64,000 nt of DNA from Candidatus Thorarchaeota archaeon (GTDB lineage Archaea; Asgardarchaeota; Thorarchaeia; Thorarchaeales; Thorarchaeaceae). Of the stretch, positions 47,853 to 58,027 are shown piece after piece. The stretch spans positions 32,001-96,000 of the forward strand of contig RDOC01000002.1 of the NCBI GenBank assembly GCA_011364985.1, in the 5' to 3' direction. The notes under the pieces are model-generated. The model had not been told where the DNA came from. It made no database searches and saw nothing but the letters and a program-made list of their open reading frames with translations. A program made the position numbers and the translations under genes. Within the stretch, counting starts at the first letter, position 1. The number at the start of each line of letters is the position of its first letter.

Positions 47853-49994
47853 ATGAATATAGAATTGAAGGTCGTATGTTTGGACCGCGAGGTCAAGAAG
47901 CTTTGGGATGCCTTGGAAAACATGACAGTAGAAATGGACTCCTTGCAGGAGAGATTTGAGGAATTCCTACGCACCTATAAGGACAATCAAGGAAGCACCG
48001 TATATTGGTCGCGAGTTCAGCAGTTGTCAATAGAAGGTGAAACATCATTAGTGGTAGATTTTGAGGATCTATCAAGCTTTGATTTAGTATTTCTTGATAG
48101 TGCATCTGAAGATCCGCAATCATTTCTAGAAACTGCGAACAATGCTCTCGTATCCATACTAAGAATAGAAGATCCCGATTACGTCAAGCGTATAGGAGAA
48201 GATACAATACAGGTTCGAATCGTAAATTATAGCGAAAATGTACCATTGAGGTACATACGGTCGAAACACATTGGTCGTTTAATTCGTATTTCTGGTATTA
48301 TGATGCGTGCAAGTGAGGTGAAACCGCTTCTAATCAGTGCAAGGTTCCTGTGCAGAGTTTGTATGACAGAAATTCCTCAGGAGCAAGAAGAAGGAAGATA
48401 TACTGAACCACCTCTTTGTCCTACTTGTGGAAAGAGAACTCCAATGAGACTATTACTGGAAAAATCACGATTTATCGATTGGCAGAAGGTTCGAATTCAA
48501 GAATCGCCTGATGAATTACCCCCAGGTCAAATGCCACGTTCGGTTGATGTTGTGCTTAAAGGGGATATAGTTGATGTATCCAGACCAGGGGATTTAGTAA
48601 AAATAACTGGTTTACTTCAGACAACTCCTGATTTTAGCAGAAGAGGTGGAAGACTTGCAACATTCAATGTATTCATCGAAGCAAATGGTGTCGAGATTAC
48701 TGAAAAGGAGTACGAACAAATTGAGATTTCTGAAGAGGACATGAAACGAATCGAAAATCTAGCTGAGGATCCCTATGTTCACCAACGTATCATCAACTCA
48801 ATTGCACCTTCAATCCAAGGCCATCTTCGAATCAAGGAATCGATTGCTCTGTTGCTATTTGGAGGCGTGGATAAGGCATTTGATGATGGTACGAAACTTA
48901 GGGGAAAATCGAATATTTTGATGATAGGCGATCCGGGAACAGGGAAAAGCCAGATTCTAAAGTTTGTGGCAGGACTTGCAACAAGAGGACTCTATACATC
49001 AGGGAAAGGAACAACAGCTGCTGGTCTCACCGCTGCTGTAGTTCATGACAGTGAAACAGGAGCAATGACCCTTGAAGCTGGAGCTCTTGTTTTGGCTGAT
49101 CAAGGAATTGCATGCATTGATGAGTTTGACAAAATGGACCCTAATGACCGAACAGCAATACATGAGGCAATGGAGCAACATACAGTAAGCATTGCCAAAG
49201 CAGGAATTGTTGCAACATTGAATGCTAGAACCTCGATACTTGCAGCAGCAAATCCTACTCTAGGCAGATACGAACCGTCGCTTTCTGTTCAGGATAACAT
49301 AAAGCTGCCTTTTACTATTCTCTCCCGTTTTGATTTGATTTGGATCATGGTTGACACTGTCGAAGCAACAAGGGATCGAAAATTGGCTAGCTTCATCCTA
49401 GGTATGCATCAGGGGAAACCACCCTATGAAAAGGATGAAGACCCACCTTTGCATCCAGATTTTCTTAAGAAGTATATAGGCCACGCTAATAACCATGTGA
49501 AACCTGTCTTGAGTCAAGAAGCTGCGAAGGTGATTGAGGACTTCTATGTGGAATTGCGCAGAGAAGCAGAAGGAGGGGCAGCACCAGTTCCAATCACGGC
49601 GCGACAACTGGAGTCTCTCGTTAGATTAGCTGAGGCAAGAGCTAAGATGGCCCTTCGATCAAAGGTCACAAAAGAAGATGCTGAAGCATCACTCAATCTA
49701 ATGGAAGAATCGCTGAAGATGGTCGCTATTGATCCAATTACAGGAAAGAGAGACATCGATCGAATCGTTTCAAAGATGAGTGCGGCCCAGAGAAGTATTT
49801 CTGATGTCATTATCAAGACAATGAGAGATCTAGAGTCGGAAGGTATGTCTAGAGTTGATAAGGAGGCCGTGGTACAAAGGGCTATTGCAATAGGACACTC
49901 ACGTGAGAGAGCAGAGGAGATAATCGAAAGACTCCTAGCTGATGGAACTCTTTTCAGTCCACGTGAAGGAAAGATTAGTCTCTCCCAGAAGTAG
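47853..49994 (+). CDS. mcm: MCM replicative helicase
   Basis: CRVC..CPTC Zn finger, GDPGTGKSQ, LEAGALVLAD, IDEFDKM, SRFD, ITARQLE; no intein seen. Confidence 0.97.
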   Translation: MNIELKVVCLDREVKKLWDALENMTVEMDSLQERFEEFLRTYKDNQGSTVYWSRVQQLSIEGETSLVVDFEDLSSFDLVFLDSASEDPQSFLETANNALVSILRIEDPDYVKRIGEDTIQVRIVNYSENVPLRYIRSKHIGRLIRISGIMMRASEVKPLLISARFLCRVCMTEIPQEQEEGRYTEPPLCPTCGKRTPMRLLLEKSRFIDWQKVRIQESPDELPPGQMPRSVDVVLKGDIVDVSRPGDLVKITGLLQTTPDFSRRGGRLATFNVFIEANGVEITEKEYEQIEISEEDMKRIENLAEDPYVHQRIINSIAPSIQGHLRIKESIALLLFGGVDKAFDDGTKLRGKSNILMIGDPGTGKSQILKFVAGLATRGLYTSGKGTTAAGLTAAVVHDSETGAMTLEAGALVLADQGIACIDEFDKMDPNDRTAIHEAMEQHTVSIAKAGIVATLNARTSILAAANPTLGRYEPSLSVQDNIKLPFTILSRFDLIWIMVDTVEATRDRKLASFILGMHQGKPPYEKDEDPPLHPDFLKKYIGHANNHVKPVLSQEAAKVIEDFYVELRREAEGGAAPVPITARQLESLVRLAEARAKMALRSKVTKEDAEASLNLMEESLKMVAIDPITGKRDIDRIVSKMSAAQRSISDVIIKTMRDLESEGMSRVDKEAVVQRAIAIGHSRERAEEIIERLLADGTLFSPREGKISLSQK

Positions 49995-50023
49995 GTAATT
50001 GACAATATCAGGGGACGAGAATC

Positions 50024-52264
50024 ATGCAAATCAAGGAACTTGCCATTAATCACAGGATTACAAGTCTACTTGAGAACAATGGCATTTCTGAGCTTTTTCC
50101 CCCTCAGATAATGGCCTTTGAAACAGGCGTATTGAACGGGAAGAATTTGGTATTGGCAGTACCGACCAGTGCTGGAAAGACCCTTGTTGCTGAGATTTGC
50201 ATGATGAAAGCTATTCTAGAAGGACGTGGAAAAGCGCTCTATCTTGTCCCACTTAGGTCTCTAGCCCGTGAGAAGTATGCTGATTTCAGGAAGTATGATT
50301 CACTTGGCATCCGGACTGCGATGTCAGTAGGGGATTACGACTCGCCGGGTGTAAGAATACGCGAAGCAGATATTATCGTACTGACAACTGAGCGAGCCGA
50401 TTCGCTTGTTCGGCACAAAGTAGAATGGCTTAATGAAACTGGAGTGATTGTTGTTGATGAGATTCATCTTGTTAATGACCCAAAACGAGGACCCACTTTA
50501 GAAATGGTTCTTGCCAAGTTGCTGAAAGCAATTCCAAATGTGCAGATTGTTGCATTGAGTGCAACAATTTCTAATGCTGAAGACATTGCTGGGTGGCTTG
50601 CTGCTGAGTTAGTAATAAGCGATTGGCGTCCCATACCACTTGCAGAAGGAGTATTTCTAGATGACCAAATTTCATTCAGCAGTGGGAAGAGAAAAATAAT
50701 TCAAAGAAAAAGGAAAGAAGACTCAGCAGATATTGTTTGTGACATACTTGATGAAGGAGGACAGGCACTTGTCTTTGTTTCAAATCGTAAGTCCACTGTG
50801 GCCGTGGCCAGAAGACTTGCGCCTTCAGTCAAGCCCTATCTGAAACAGGATACTCAAGAAAGATTGGCAGCAATAGCAAAAAGAATCGCCAGAAAGCCTT
50901 CAGCACCTGAGGCTTCCAAGAATCTAGGCAGATTAATGATGTCAGGGGTGGCTTTTCATCATGCTGGTCTTGACAATACGGAAAGAGCGTTTGTAGAAGA
51001 CTCATTCAAACAGAACCTTCTGAAAGTTGTTGTAGCAACTCCTACTTTGGCTGCTGGAATAAATCTCCCTGCAAGAAGAGTATTGATTCGGGACTATAGA
51101 CGTTTTGAACAGGGTCGTGGTAGCCTTCCAATTCCGATACTTGAGTACAAACAGATGGCAGGCCGTGCAGGAAGACCAAAGTATGACCAATACGGTGAGG
51201 CAATTCTTATTGCTCGGTCTGAACAGGAACAGAACTTTCTGACTGAAAGGTATTTGCTTTCTGATCCTGAGATGATCACATCGAAACTGGCCTCCCCCGA
51301 AGCTGTTCGATTCCATGTATTATCGTCTATAGCGACAGAGATGACTCAGACACGTTCTGAAATAGATGACTTGGTTGGAAAGACTTTCTTCTCCTATCAA
51401 TTTGAACGAGAAGAAATAGACTTCCATATATCATCAGCCCTTTCCTACTTGGAAGAAGGAGAGCTAATTCAGACTGACAATGACAAGTCATACAAAGCTA
51501 CACTTCTAGGAAAAAGAACATCTAGGCTCTACATAGATCCTTCAACAACCATTCTTTTCAGGGATGCACTAACTGGAACCAAATCGATTTCTCAGCTGGG
51601 AATGTTACACTTGATTTGCCATAGTATCGACCAGCCTACAACTTACGTATCAAGAGCAGAAATCGAGGATTACGAGTTTTTTGTTGATGACCATATTTCA
51701 GACTTTCTGGTGGACTTTCCGGATAGTTGGGAATTATCTGAGAATTATGCGGAGTTCCTATCCGAAGTGAAGACAGCTCGGCTTCTGATATACTGGATTT
51801 CGGAAAAATCTGAAATAGATATGACAGAAGACTTTGGTGTCGGAATGGGTGATATTCATCGGTACGTGCAGAGTGCTGAGTGGCTTACCTATGCTGCATC
51901 TGAGATTGCGAAAACGATGAATGTGAAACATCATTTAGCTGATTTACACACCCTTTATTTACAGATGAAGTATGGAGTAAAGGAAGACATACTTGATCTT
52001 GTTGGACTAAGAGGCATTGGTCGTGTCAGAGGACGAATGTTGAGCAGTCATGGATTGAAGACAGTTGCGGATTTGTATCATGTTGCAGTTGAAGAACTTG
52101 CACGCATTCCAACAATTGGCACTTCGGTAGCCGAATCTGTTAAGCGTCAATTGGGCATTGAAATCAAGTTACAGGACCAAGAGACAGAGGACAATGAATA
52201 TGTAGATGACTCTCTTGACTCCATACAGACACTACTTGAGGACTTCGAACCAAAGGATTTCTAA
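50024..52264 (+). CDS. hel308: Hel308 Ski2-like helicase
   Basis: PTSAGKT, DEIH, LSAT, FHHAGL, TPTLAAGINLPA, QMAGRAGR, C-terminal HhH GIGRVR. Confidence 0.95.
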   Translation: MQIKELAINHRITSLLENNGISELFPPQIMAFETGVLNGKNLVLAVPTSAGKTLVAEICMMKAILEGRGKALYLVPLRSLAREKYADFRKYDSLGIRTAMSVGDYDSPGVRIREADIIVLTTERADSLVRHKVEWLNETGVIVVDEIHLVNDPKRGPTLEMVLAKLLKAIPNVQIVALSATISNAEDIAGWLAAELVISDWRPIPLAEGVFLDDQISFSSGKRKIIQRKRKEDSADIVCDILDEGGQALVFVSNRKSTVAVARRLAPSVKPYLKQDTQERLAAIAKRIARKPSAPEASKNLGRLMMSGVAFHHAGLDNTERAFVEDSFKQNLLKVVVATPTLAAGINLPARRVLIRDYRRFEQGRGSLPIPILEYKQMAGRAGRPKYDQYGEAILIARSEQEQNFLTERYLLSDPEMITSKLASPEAVRFHVLSSIATEMTQTRSEIDDLVGKTFFSYQFEREEIDFHISSALSYLEEGELIQTDNDKSYKATLLGKRTSRLYIDPSTTILFRDALTGTKSISQLGMLHLICHSIDQPTTYVSRAEIEDYEFFVDDHISDFLVDFPDSWELSENYAEFLSEVKTARLLIYWISEKSEIDMTEDFGVGMGDIHRYVQSAEWLTYAASEIAKTMNVKHHLADLHTLYLQMKYGVKEDILDLVGLRGIGRVRGRMLSSHGLKTVADLYHVAVEELARIPTIGTSVAESVKRQLGIEIKLQDQETEDNEYVDDSLDSIQTLLEDFEPKDF

Positions 52265-53316
52265 AAGTGAACCCCCTTAAGATTAGCCTTGAGCTGGTCA
52301 AATAGTGCTTTGTTGTTTTCAGTGCAAGTTTCGCTTTCAGTATGAGTGTCTTTGAACCTAGTAATAGGTGAACCGGAGAGCTCTTCAAGGAGATTTCTCG
52401 TTCCTTTTGCTACTGTGTCTAGATTATATCCTCCTTCAAGAAAAACTGCAATCCTTCCATCACAGTGTTCTTCCGCAAGAGAATGAAGAAAGGAGTTCAT
52501 CATTGCATAGCCAGAGGTTGTCAAGCCTAATGAGGTAAGTGGATCATCGAAATGGCCATCGTATCCGGCAGAAACCAGTATGAATTCAGGTTTATATGAA
52601 ATACAGAGAGGAATAATGACTTCTTGAAATGCGAGTCTATATGACTTGTCACCTGCCCCAGGGTACATCGAAATATTCACATTGTATCCCTTTCCCTTTC
52701 CAGTGCCAATCTCATTGGGAAACCCAGTTCCTGGAAAAAGTGTACGTCCATCTTGATGCATTCCAACATAGAGTACATGATTAGTGGAGTAGAAAGCATT
52801 CTGAGTCCCATTCCCATGATGTGCATCGTAGTCAAGGATGAGAACTCGTTGCAATTCGTGTTTATCATGGAGATGATGAGCAGCCACTGCAATACTGTTG
52901 ATAAAACAGAAGCCAAGGGCTCTGTTAAATTCCGCATGATGCCCTGGCGGTCGGCAAAGTAAATAGGCATTCTCGGTCTTCTTTTCGATTATCCTATCGA
53001 CAGCTAGAATACCTCCTCCTGCAGCCATAATTGCCGCATCATAGGTGTATTTGTTGACTGCTGTGTCAAGCGTGAAAAATCCGCCTCCAGCAGCGGATTT
53101 TGATTTTATGAGATTGAGATAATTCTCATCGTGAAGCGGGGTGATTTCTTCAATTATTGCAGGTTTAGGTTCAATCAAATGTATCTTTGATCCGCTTAAG
53201 AGACCGCTCTTAGTAACGTAATCCAGCGATGCTGTGAGGCGTTCTGGTCGCTCTGGGTGTCCTTTGCTCATTATATGTTTCGTGAATATGTCGTGGAAGA
53301 CTAAGTCAGTACCCAT
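52261..53316 (-). CDS. Histone deacetylase-family (class II-like) amidohydrolase
   Basis: HPERPERL, RPPGHHA, GFC, DYDAHHGNGTQ, SAGYD...DPL, LEGGY. Confidence 0.93.
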   Translation of the reverse strand: MGTDLVFHDIFTKHIMSKGHPERPERLTASLDYVTKSGLLSGSKIHLIEPKPAIIEEITPLHDENYLNLIKSKSAAGGGFFTLDTAVNKYTYDAAIMAAGGGILAVDRIIEKKTENAYLLCRPPGHHAEFNRALGFCFINSIAVAAHHLHDKHELQRVLILDYDAHHGNGTQNAFYSTNHVLYVGMHQDGRTLFPGTGFPNEIGTGKGKGYNVNISMYPGAGDKSYRLAFQEVIIPLCISYKPEFILVSAGYDGHFDDPLTSLGLTTSGYAMMNSFLHSLAEEHCDGRIAVFLEGGYNLDTVAKGTRNLLEELSGSPITRFKDTHTESETCTENNKALFDQLKANLKGVHF

Positions 53317-53486
53317 TTTCGATGCACCAGGTGAAAATTTGTTTCTTGCAATAAGACGGGAAATTATATCTGATAAGTGTGTTATTCTATTTGGAACACG
53401 TGTACCAACTATCTAGTATTAATGGGCAAATAATAGCAAATGTAATAACGTTTATTTTGGGTACAGGAATCACTCAGCTGGTATAT

Positions 53487-53624
53487 GGGTCGGTAGTCTA
53501 GCTTGGTATGATTCTTGCTTGGGGCGGCTCTTGGCCTCAAGCCTCAAGCCACAATATGCAAGAGATCGGGTGTTCAAATGTATTCGGGAACTCCTGAATA
53601 CTGAAAATCGCCCCCGGCCCACCA
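53487..53624 (+). tRNA. tRNA-Pro(GGG) with two introns (37/38: 53525-53556; 59/60: 53579-53607)
   Basis: Acceptor GGGTCGG/CCGGCCC plus ACCA; anticodon stem CTTGC/GCAAG with TT-GGG-G; T stem GGGTG/CGCCC interrupted by a perfect BHB intron. Confidence 0.9.
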
Positions 53625-53654
53625 TATTTCTTTCACCGATTTGGCAATTCTTAA

Positions 53655-54206
53655 TCAGTTCAACGGTACTTCCCATACTGTTTCATAGATTGGACCAGAT
53701 GGCATAAGCGTGCTTTTAGTCATTCTGAAAGATGAAACTAGCATGTCTCCTATTTGTTCCATGGCAAGTGCCTCAAGATTGTTAAGTATCGAATCTCGGT
53801 TCTTAATCCTATGAACACGTGCAATTGTGGCATGGGCGTGAAAGCGTTTATCCCGCCCGTAACCAATCTCTTCCAGTTTTGTCTCGACTGCTAACTTGAG
53901 CTGATTGATTTTCTTTTCACCTTGTGTGACCCCAATCCAAATTACTCGCGGGTTTCTTTTGGTTGGGAAAGCGCCAACCCCCTCTATCCGTATCTTGAAC
54001 TTGCTGAGTTCAATGCTGGATAGGGCGCCACGAATCTGTTGAATTCTTGAGATTTGTGTATCGCCAAAGAAACGAAGCGTGAAATGAATGTTCTCTCTCT
54101 CTACAATCTTGACTTTCATTGCATCTGTATCAAGTTTTCCCTGTATTCGAACTATATTTGAGAGAAGAGAAGAATCTTCTATATCCAAGCTTAGGAAGGC
54201 TCTCAT
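53655..54206 (-). CDS. thpR: RNA 2',3'-cyclic phosphodiesterase (2H family)
   Basis: MRAFLSLD, two HxT motifs (HFTL, HATIAR), GAFP...PRVIWIG, STL.PSGPIY. Confidence 0.92.
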   Translation of the reverse strand: MRAFLSLDIEDSSLLSNIVRIQGKLDTDAMKVKIVERENIHFTLRFFGDTQISRIQQIRGALSSIELSKFKIRIEGVGAFPTKRNPRVIWIGVTQGEKKINQLKLAVETKLEEIGYGRDKRFHAHATIARVHRIKNRDSILNNLEALAMEQIGDMLVSSFRMTKSTLMPSGPIYETVWEVPLN

Positions 54207-54384
54207 TGTATTGGACAAATTGTCACCTCGATTGATGTATGGAGTAGTAATCTCCATCTATTAATAATAGCCTCTAGGATTCTAAGCAACTCTTAAAGGA
54301 GATTTCAGCCTGCAAGGAGAATGGAAGCTGCAGAAGAAATCGAGTATATCACCCTTTCAACTAGTTATATCTGGTGAAATAGAA

Positions 54385-54924
54385 ATGAAACTTGTAATAA
54401 TGACTGGAATGCCAGGGGCTGGCAAGAGTGAGGTAGCAGATGCATTCAGAAGAGCGGGATTTCCAGTGATTGTGATGGGAGATGTAATCCGAAAGGAGGT
54501 TATGAAACGGGGTTTGACACAGACTCCTGAAAACAACAGGAAGATAATGCTTGATCTTAGAGAGAAGGAGGGGTTCGGAGCCGTAGCCAAGTATTGCTTG
54601 GAGGAACTTAGAAGTATCGATTCGTCGATCATCGTTATAGAAGGATGTAGAAGTCTCGCCGAAGTAGATGTGTTCGACAGTTGTGCCGACAGTGTACTAA
54701 TAGTATGTGTCCATTCATCTCCTAAGATAAGATATCAACGACTCTGTCAGCGTGGTCGTGATGATGACCCGCAGGATTGGGGCACTTTCAGAGAACGTGA
54801 CATCAGAGAGATTTCTGTTGGACTAGGTGGAGTGATTGCTTTGAGTGATATTATGATAGTAAACGATGGCAGTATTGGTGAACTTCGTAAAGAGTCGGAT
54901 GCCATTGTAAAGAGCTTGGTATAA
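54385..54924 (+). CDS. P-loop nucleotide kinase (archaeal dephospho-CoA kinase-like, UPF0200)
   Basis: TGMPGAGKS, MGDVIR, EGCRS..E, RGRDDD, RDIRE..GL. Confidence 0.85.
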   Translation: MKLVIMTGMPGAGKSEVADAFRRAGFPVIVMGDVIRKEVMKRGLTQTPENNRKIMLDLREKEGFGAVAKYCLEELRSIDSSIIVIEGCRSLAEVDVFDSCADSVLIVCVHSSPKIRYQRLCQRGRDDDPQDWGTFRERDIREISVGLGGVIALSDIMIVNDGSIGELRKESDAIVKSLV

Positions 54925-55350
54925 ATGATTATCAAAATCTCCTCTCCAGTTTTCCCAACGGAAGATGAAACAAAGGTTATCTCTGCAGCAATTAGTTTCT
55001 TTGAAACGGCAGAAGCAGTTTATCATCAGGATATACAGGAAGTTTCTGTAACGGCTACAGAAAGAAAGGCTTTGGAAGTAATAAGAAGTATTGTTCATTC
55101 TATGCGAGTTATAGACGCTGTAAGAGCAACAATTCTACGAAATCGGATAGGTCTGGAAACACGATTTATTATTGACAAACAAGCAGCATATCATGGGAAG
55201 TTCAAATTAATCGATGATAGAGAAGAAGAACCCTCCCTTGGGGCTGTCGAGATAAGAATTCGCTTTGAACATGAGAAAGAATTTGAAGATTTCATGAAAT
55301 GGTTTGTTCCCCCTACAAAAGATGGAAAGATTGTTCAATCTAAACTCTAA
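54925..55350 (+). CDS. DUF54/UPF0201 RNA-binding protein
   Basis: V.PTEDETKV..A, IDAVR, DKQAAY.G. Confidence 0.85.
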   Translation: MIIKISSPVFPTEDETKVISAAISFFETAEAVYHQDIQEVSVTATERKALEVIRSIVHSMRVIDAVRATILRNRIGLETRFIIDKQAAYHGKFKLIDDREEEPSLGAVEIRIRFEHEKEFEDFMKWFVPPTKDGKIVQSKL

Positions 55351-56389
55351 TGGTTACGATATCTCTAATGAGACCGCTGTGCACTCGGATTGGTATGTGA
55401 TAGGCGCATTTGAATCCAAGATCATTAGCAATCTCAGGTATTCTCATTTTGTTACTTCCAGCTATGCATAGCATTCCATTTGGCTTCAATATTTTGGGGA
55501 TTGCTGCAAGAAATTCGGTAACCAGATTAGTGGCCTCGCTACCCCTTGTTGAACTTGCTCTTCCGTAAGGGGGGTCAGTGACAATGCTATCGCAGAAATG
55601 TTGTGCGATAGGAGGAACTCGTGCATCTCCTTGTATCAGTGAGAAAAGGGTATGTTTCTGGTGAATGAGATTTAACTTGGAACCCATTAGTTGGCGCCAA
55701 TTCAAATCCATACCTATGGTTTTCGCACCCAAAGCTGCAAGTTCTAACAGAATTCCGCCACTCCCCGAGAAAGGATCATAGGCAATCTTTCCAGACATGA
55801 CGCCGGCGAGATTGCACATGACTCTCGCAAGTTGTGCGTTCATCATTGACGGATGAAAGAATGGTTTCTTGGCTGAGTTCTTGTTCATGAGTTTCTTTCT
55901 GCTATCAGACTTGTAGCTGCGACACACCTTGACACCATTTGAAGTCAATAGAACGAGAATCTTGGCATTTGGTCGTTTTGCATCAATCTTTGCCTTGGTA
56001 AGGTGTTTGATTTTGGTTCCAAGAAGATTAGTTATCTGTTGTCTATATTCATTCATACCTTTGGATACTAGGGATTGTGTACGAACACAGAATGTTTCGG
56101 TTGGCTGAATGCTGGATGCTAATTTCTTCTCTGGAATCCATTCTATATCTTCATTAAGAGCAGAAGATTCCGCGATTATGTATCCAGCTTCCTTAATCAT
56201 TGCTGCTCTGAAAAGAAGAAAAGCAAGATTATGTTTGCCTGTATTGAAGACAACTAGATTCTGATTCCAAGTTAATTCAGCTTCGAAATTCGCTAAATGT
56301 AGAATTGATTCGAATTCTGCCCGTGCAAGTGCTGGTTCTTCTCCAGACAAAATGGCAAAGCATTTGGTCACTAGCAAATCACTGCTCAC
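55340..56389 (-). CDS. THUMP-domain tRNA m2G10 methyltransferase (Trm11/Trm-G10)
   Basis: LSGE.P.LARAE, KPFFHPSMM, DPFSGSGGIL, TDPPYGR. Confidence 0.88.
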   Translation of the reverse strand: MSSDLLVTKCFAILSGEEPALARAEFESILHLANFEAELTWNQNLVVFNTGKHNLAFLLFRAAMIKEAGYIIAESSALNEDIEWIPEKKLASSIQPTETFCVRTQSLVSKGMNEYRQQITNLLGTKIKHLTKAKIDAKRPNAKILVLLTSNGVKVCRSYKSDSRKKLMNKNSAKKPFFHPSMMNAQLARVMCNLAGVMSGKIAYDPFSGSGGILLELAALGAKTIGMDLNWRQLMGSKLNLIHQKHTLFSLIQGDARVPPIAQHFCDSIVTDPPYGRASSTRGSEATNLVTEFLAAIPKILKPNGMLCIAGSNKMRIPEIANDLGFKCAYHIPIRVHSGLIRDIVTIRV

Positions 56390-57150
56390 ACAATTAAGTT
56401 ATCTCCTCCAAGAAATATTCTTTGCATTTCTCCATATAGAGACTCCATTCCTGACATTGATCTTGCTGATACGGGAATAACGTGACTCTCGTTTCCAATA
56501 TCATTTAGCATTTGGAGAATTGCGGTGGAGTATTCACGGACAAGGCCATCTGAGAATTCCTCAAGGACACCTTCAAGGAGGTAGGAATCATCTGACCAGC
56601 TTACAATCTCTTCGATCTGCTCTTCAATAAGAATGTCAGGTTTGCTAAGTATGTTGAGTTGGGGTAATACAAAACGTATGTGAATTGAAAGACCTAGAAG
56701 CATTGACGAAAGGTATCCAGCTGGAGTTCTGGCAATATTCGAATCAAGTAGATAGAGTGAAAGCGCTGGGTCTGCATCTCTGATACTTGAAACCATAAGT
56801 GGACCAGAATTTCGATAGGCAAAAAGCTCCATTTGTCCAGGGCAATCAACAATAACGTAGTCTCGACCCATTTCGATAATCTCTTCTCTGAGTTCTCCTA
56901 TTTGTCCCACAGCCATATCCAACGAAGCAACCAGTGCTCCATTTGGACCTAGATTGAAGCTATTCATGACTTCCCCATAATCAACATATTCCCTGATATC
57001 AATATCACTTGTATACGGAGGATTTTCAATTCCTGGATCCAGATTGACCACGGTCACGCTCATATCAGCTGTGACTAACCACTTCTCCAAAGAGGCAGTC
57101 ATCATGGACTTTCCGCTCCCAGCAGTACCAACTATGAAAGTGAAGAGCAT
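56386..57150 (-). CDS. GPN-loop GTPase
   Basis: GTAGSGKS, NLDPG, LGPNGAL, DCPGQMELF, LSKPD. Confidence 0.93.
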   Translation of the reverse strand: MLFTFIVGTAGSGKSMMTASLEKWLVTADMSVTVVNLDPGIENPPYTSDIDIREYVDYGEVMNSFNLGPNGALVASLDMAVGQIGELREEIIEMGRDYVIVDCPGQMELFAYRNSGPLMVSSIRDADPALSLYLLDSNIARTPAGYLSSMLLGLSIHIRFVLPQLNILSKPDILIEEQIEEIVSWSDDSYLLEGVLEEFSDGLVREYSTAILQMLNDIGNESHVIPVSARSMSGMESLYGEMQRIFLGGDNLIV

Positions 57151-57263
57151 CGATTTAACCGATTGAAAGGCAAGCTTCGTTTCTCTTTGAGTGCTTCGGT
57201 ATCGCCCAATACCAAATCAGCTACTGCACAAGTCTTATCTGAGATGAAACATCGGTTTCTAGT

Positions 57264-58004
57264 ATGGATGATAGTGAGGCTACCCAGAAGCTTGCAGAAG
57301 CCATAGCTGGAGAAATCTGCCTTGCTGAGAATGACCCTGGTGCGGTCATGAAACGATGGCGGGAACGATTCCAAGTATCTCAAAAACAATTGGCAAAACA
57401 TCTCGAAGTATCACCCTCTGTGATAAGTGACTATGAAAGCGGAAGAAGGAAATCGCCCAGAGTTGAAACAATTAAGAAATTCATTGAGGGCCTACTTGAA
57501 CTTGATGCTGCAAGTGGAGGCCGTGTAGTCATGGCACTTGAGAAACTTGTCGCACCAGAAATTGCATCGGAGGCGATTCTAGATAGCCGGGAATTTGGAC
57601 TTCCGGTTCCAGCACGTTTGTTAGTAGAGTATCTTGATTGTAAGGTATTAACGCATATTAATTTGCTAAATCGTGATATATATGGCTATACTGCCTTGGA
57701 TAGCGTAAAGGCAATCGTTAGTATGACCCCCCAACAACTCTTACGTCTATATGGAGGAACAACTCAACGGGCTGCCATACTTTCGAATGTTTCAACTGGT
57801 AGGTCTCCAATGGTAGCAATAAAAGCAAGTCAGATTGGAACATCATCTGCAGTCAAACCGGCTGTTGTAATCCTTCAGGGAGTGAACGATTTGGATCCTT
57901 TGGCTGTGAAAATCGCTGATAGTATACACCTGCCTCTCTGCCTATCGGATATGGAATCTGATGAGTTGATACATCAGATTCGAACCTTCAATCCTCAGAT
58001 ATAA
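57264..58004 (+). CDS. Archaeal XRE-type HTH regulator (COG1709-like)
   Basis: IAGEI...PG..MKRWRE.F.VSQ..LA..L.VSPSVISDYESGRRKSP; V.TGRSPMVAIK. Confidence 0.88.
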   Translation: MDDSEATQKLAEAIAGEICLAENDPGAVMKRWRERFQVSQKQLAKHLEVSPSVISDYESGRRKSPRVETIKKFIEGLLELDAASGGRVVMALEKLVAPEIASEAILDSREFGLPVPARLLVEYLDCKVLTHINLLNRDIYGYTALDSVKAIVSMTPQQLLRLYGGTTQRAAILSNVSTGRSPMVAIKASQIGTSSAVKPAVVILQGVNDLDPLAVKIADSIHLPLCLSDMESDELIHQIRTFNPQI

Positions 58005-58027
58005 TTCGGAGAAGGAGAACGAAGTAC

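Noticed and set aside
47853-49994. Inteins in MCM (also checked RFC-S and the Lon-like ATPase)
   Set aside because: Lengths are normal, the Walker motifs are uninterrupted, and no intein C/S...HN termini were seen.
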